From the NCBI GenBank assembly GCA_937907435.1, contig CALCIA010000137.1, positions 39,212 to 103,211 of the forward strand: a DNA stretch of 64,000 nucleotides, in the 5' to 3' direction. Position numbers and translations under genes: made by a program. The notes under the pieces are model-generated. The model had not been told where the DNA came from and searched no databases. It saw only the letters and a list, made by a program, of their open reading frames with translations. Source of the stretch: an uncultured Actinomycetes bacterium (GTDB taxonomy: Bacteria > Actinomycetota > Thermoleophilia > Solirubrobacterales > 70-9). Shown here one piece after another: positions 61,939 through 64,000 of the stretch (its first letter is position 1; every line of letters begins with the position of its first letter).

Positions 61939-64000
61939 GGGCCCACGCCAGGATCCTCGGTCGCCGACGCCGGAGGATCATCCTCGCCATCGCCCTGGCA
62001 GCCGGGCTCTGTTTGGTGCCGGCGGTGGTCGCCCACGCCGACGTCTGGGCGAACGTAGGCCCCGGCCGCTCGCTGGCCGGGCTGAAGGGTGGCTGGACCC
62101 TCGGCGCCTACGAACTCGACGAGAACTTCTCGATGATCTCGGCCGGGGTCTTCTCCGGCGTCGACGTCTCGGGCTTCCTGCCGATGATCGCGTTCTTCTT
62201 CGCGAACATCATCTGGCTCGGGACCTCCTGGTTCGCGAACCTGCTGATCGAACTCTTCGGCTTCGCCTTCAGCCTCGATCTCGTCAACGGTTCGGGCGCG
62301 ACGGGCGGCGCCGGCGCGCTCGGACCGGTCTCGCGGGCGATCCAGACCATCTACACCACCGCCTTCGGCGGGCCCTGGATGGTGCTGGCCGTCTCCTTCC
62401 TGGCGCTCTGGGCGATGTGGAAGGCGCTCGTCCAACGCCGCTACGCGGAGACCGCCTCCCAGCTCGCGCTCTCCCTCATATATGTCTGCGCCGCCTTCTT
62501 CTTCGTCCTCCAGCCGGGGCAGACGATCGGCGCCGCCTCACACCTGACGAACGAGATGTCGGGGGCGTTCCTCTCGATCGCCAAGGACGGCGAGCCGACC
62601 AGCCAGGCCGAAGCCAAGGAAGCCGGCGGCGACCAGCTCTTCGGCCTCCTCGTCGCCCAGCCCTGGTCGGTGCTCGAGTTCGGCGGCCTCGAGCACTGCG
62701 TCAAGTCGGGATCGGCCGGGCAAGCCGACGAACCGGAATCGGTCTCGGTCGAGCCGATCGCGCCCTCGGCGGCACGGGGGCTCGAATCCGGGCAGACGGT
62801 GAGCTCCGACGGCAAGACCTGCGTCAACGACCTGAAGAAATACGGGCCGCACCTCCTGCGGATGCCGCCGGGCTCCAAGGAACGCAAGGAAGAGGTGGAA
62901 GCGCTCGAAGCCGGCGACACCTCCAAGCTGCCCGACTCCGACCCGGGCAAGAAGAACGGCTCCTATCAACTCGGGCCGCAGGACAAGCCCGCTGCCGCCT
63001 TGATGGAAAAGGGCGGCCAATACGAGCGCCTGCCGATCGCCTTCGCGATCCTCCTCGCCGAGCTGGGCGCCTTCTTCCTCCTCGGTGGGCTCTCCCTCGG
63101 GGTGATCGTCGCCCAGGTCGAGCTGCTCCTGCTCCTCGCCTTCAGCCCGGTCGCCCTGGTCGCCGCCGTCGTCCCCGGCCGCGGGCACCAGTTCTTCAAA
63201 GGCTGGCTGGCGAAGTTGGCGGGCCTCCTGCTGCGGAAGGCCGCCTACTCGCTGATCCTCGCGATCCTGCTGGCGGTCTGCGCGGCCATCTCGGCCGCCA
63301 CCTCGCAGCTCGGCTGGCTCTTCTCCTTCGGGCTGCAGTGCGCCTTCTTCTGGACCGTCTTCATCCGGCGCCGGTCGCTGACCGACGGATTGGTCGGCAC
63401 GGTGACCGGACCGGGGGCGCCGGGCCGGGACCGGGCCCTGAGCCTGCTGGCGCTCTACGCGGGCGCGCGGGTCGGGAGCCGGACCATCGTCCATCCGGCC
63501 GCGAGGACCGGACGAGGCGCTCGCCGAGGCATTGCCTGGGCGGGTGGCACCTTCTTCGGTCGGGGTCGAGGCTGGGAGGCCGACAGGCGCGAGCGGGTCG
63601 CCCCGGTGCGGACCCAAGGCGCACCGGTCGGCGGCAAGCGAGGGCACGTCGAGCTCGGTGGCCGAGATGGCGACACCGATCGCCGGGGCGGGCACCAGCA
63701 GGGGCTCCGGCGCGGATGGCGGCCGGAGCGGCGACCGGGAGACCGGGCGAAAGACCACGGTGAGGGTCGGCGCCGACCGGTCGACCGACCGGATCAGCCT
63801 CGGCCCAAGGACCGCGACCAAGACCGCCGACGCCCCGAGGCTGATGGTGAGCGCCGGTCACGGCGTGTGCCGCGGCGACGCGCCGCCGGCCGCGGAGGAT
63901 GGTGGCGAGGAGCCGGGCGTAGGGGTGGCCGTTCGGCGACCTCCGGCTTGGCGAAGCCGACGACCGCCGCTGAGCCGAGGCCAAGGCCCGACGCACGGTC
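61935..64000 (+). CDS. VirB6/TrbL-like polytopic T4SS membrane protein, 3' end beyond window (ORF not in supplied track)
   Basis: ATG overlaps the VirB4 stop (ATGA). My manual translation is open to position 64000. Signal-like N-terminus (ILAIALAAGLCLVPAVVAHA), at least 6 hydrophobic helices and a Cys-containing loop. The tail becomes Arg/Gly-rich after about 63400. Confidence 0.6.
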   Translation, partial: MRAHARILGRRRRRIILAIALAAGLCLVPAVVAHADVWANVGPGRSLAGLKGGWTLGAYELDENFSMISAGVFSGVDVSGFLPMIAFFFANIIWLGTSWFANLLIELFGFAFSLDLVNGSGATGGAGALGPVSRAIQTIYTTAFGGPWMVLAVSFLALWAMWKALVQRRYAETASQLALSLIYVCAAFFFVLQPGQTIGAASHLTNEMSGAFLSIAKDGEPTSQAEAKEAGGDQLFGLLVAQPWSVLEFGGLEHCVKSGSAGQADEPESVSVEPIAPSAARGLESGQTVSSDGKTCVNDLKKYGPHLLRMPPGSKERKEEVEALEAGDTSKLPDSDPGKKNGSYQLGPQDKPAAALMEKGGQYERLPIAFAILLAELGAFFLLGGLSLGVIVAQVELLLLLAFSPVALVAAVVPGRGHQFFKGWLAKLAGLLLRKAAYSLILAILLAVCAAISAATSQLGWLFSFGLQCAFFWTVFIRRRSLTDGLVGTVTGPGAPGRDRALSLLALYAGARVGSRTIVHPAARTGRGARRGIAWAGGTFFGRGRGWEADRRERVAPVRTQGAPVGGKRGHVELGGRDGDTDRRGGHQQGLRRGWRPERRPGDRAKDHGEGRRRPVDRPDQPRPKDRDQDRRRPEADGERRSRRVPRRRAAGRGGWWRGAGRRGGRSATSGLAKPTTAAEPRPRPDAR

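Larger units (their letters stand above)
57502..64000 (+). mobile_element. partial conjugative transfer (Gram-positive/actinobacterial T4SS) module of an ICE or plasmid-derived element
   Basis: Five co-directional, overlap-coupled genes: TcpC-like, pilin-like, TcpE/VirB3-like, VirB4-like ATPase, VirB6/TrbL-like. No relaxase, coupling protein or integrase lies inside the window. Confidence 0.6.

Noticed and set aside
61766-63821. Track ORFs 61766..63763(+) and 62538..63821(-).
   Set aside because: Both are Arg-rich shadow frames of the real, open-ended membrane-protein ORF starting at 61935.

Overview
This is a high-GC (roughly 70% by eye), Actinomycetota-like accessory region, densely coding on both strands. 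I ignored the many Arg/Pro/Gly-rich shadow ORFs.

Layout:
(i) 1-3.2 kb: M23 cell-wall peptidases, one behind a c-di-AMP (ydaO-type) riboswitch.
(ii) 3.3-37 kb: a metal-homeostasis island. It holds a CDF exporter, Nramp MntH, a CadC-like ArsR plus P1B ATPase, CsoR-CopZ-CopA with two CsoR-type boxes, and a CopB-like ATPase with a CPD motif. It also holds a ZIP transporter, a CopC/CopD fusion, two DUF305 proteins, three paralogous small His/Met-rich 2-TM proteins and a nucleotide cyclase-YHS fusion. Two BlaI/CopY-type repressor + sensor-less M56 (BlaR1-like) protease pairs sit in the same island.
(iii) 37-50 kb: thiol-disulfide and cytochrome c maturation genes (CcdA, TlpA, a Cys-type CcmE, CcmF, a CcmI-like protein). 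They are interleaved with envelope enzymes: NlpC/P60 behind a second c-di-AMP riboswitch, a C39-like peptidase, an L,D-transpeptidase, an acyltransferase-3/SGNH protein and Lgt-family proteins.
(iv) 51-57 kb: a sigma factor fused to a ZAS anti-sigma motif and a TM segment, followed by a large Ig-like secreted protein and a LysM protein.
(v) 57.5-64 kb: the start of a Gram-positive-type conjugative T4SS module (TcpC-like, pilin-like, TcpE/VirB3-like, VirB4-like ATPase). A VirB6/TrbL-like ORF runs off the window and is absent from the ORF track.

The most striking unexplained signal is a 21-bp palindromic motif, ACTCCTAC-N5-GTAGGAGT, with core C[T/G]A[C/T]-N5-[G/A]T[A/C]G. It occurs at 16 or more intergenic sites between 16 and 50 kb, overlaps -10-like hexamers and often abuts start codons (leaderless or short-leader genes). 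It links copper efflux, cytochrome c maturation, thiol-redox and cell-wall genes into one putative regulon, plausibly run by the two BlaI/M56 pairs.

Several genes carry frameshifts or in-frame stops (gene decay or assembly indels). I saw no rRNA, tRNA or CRISPR.
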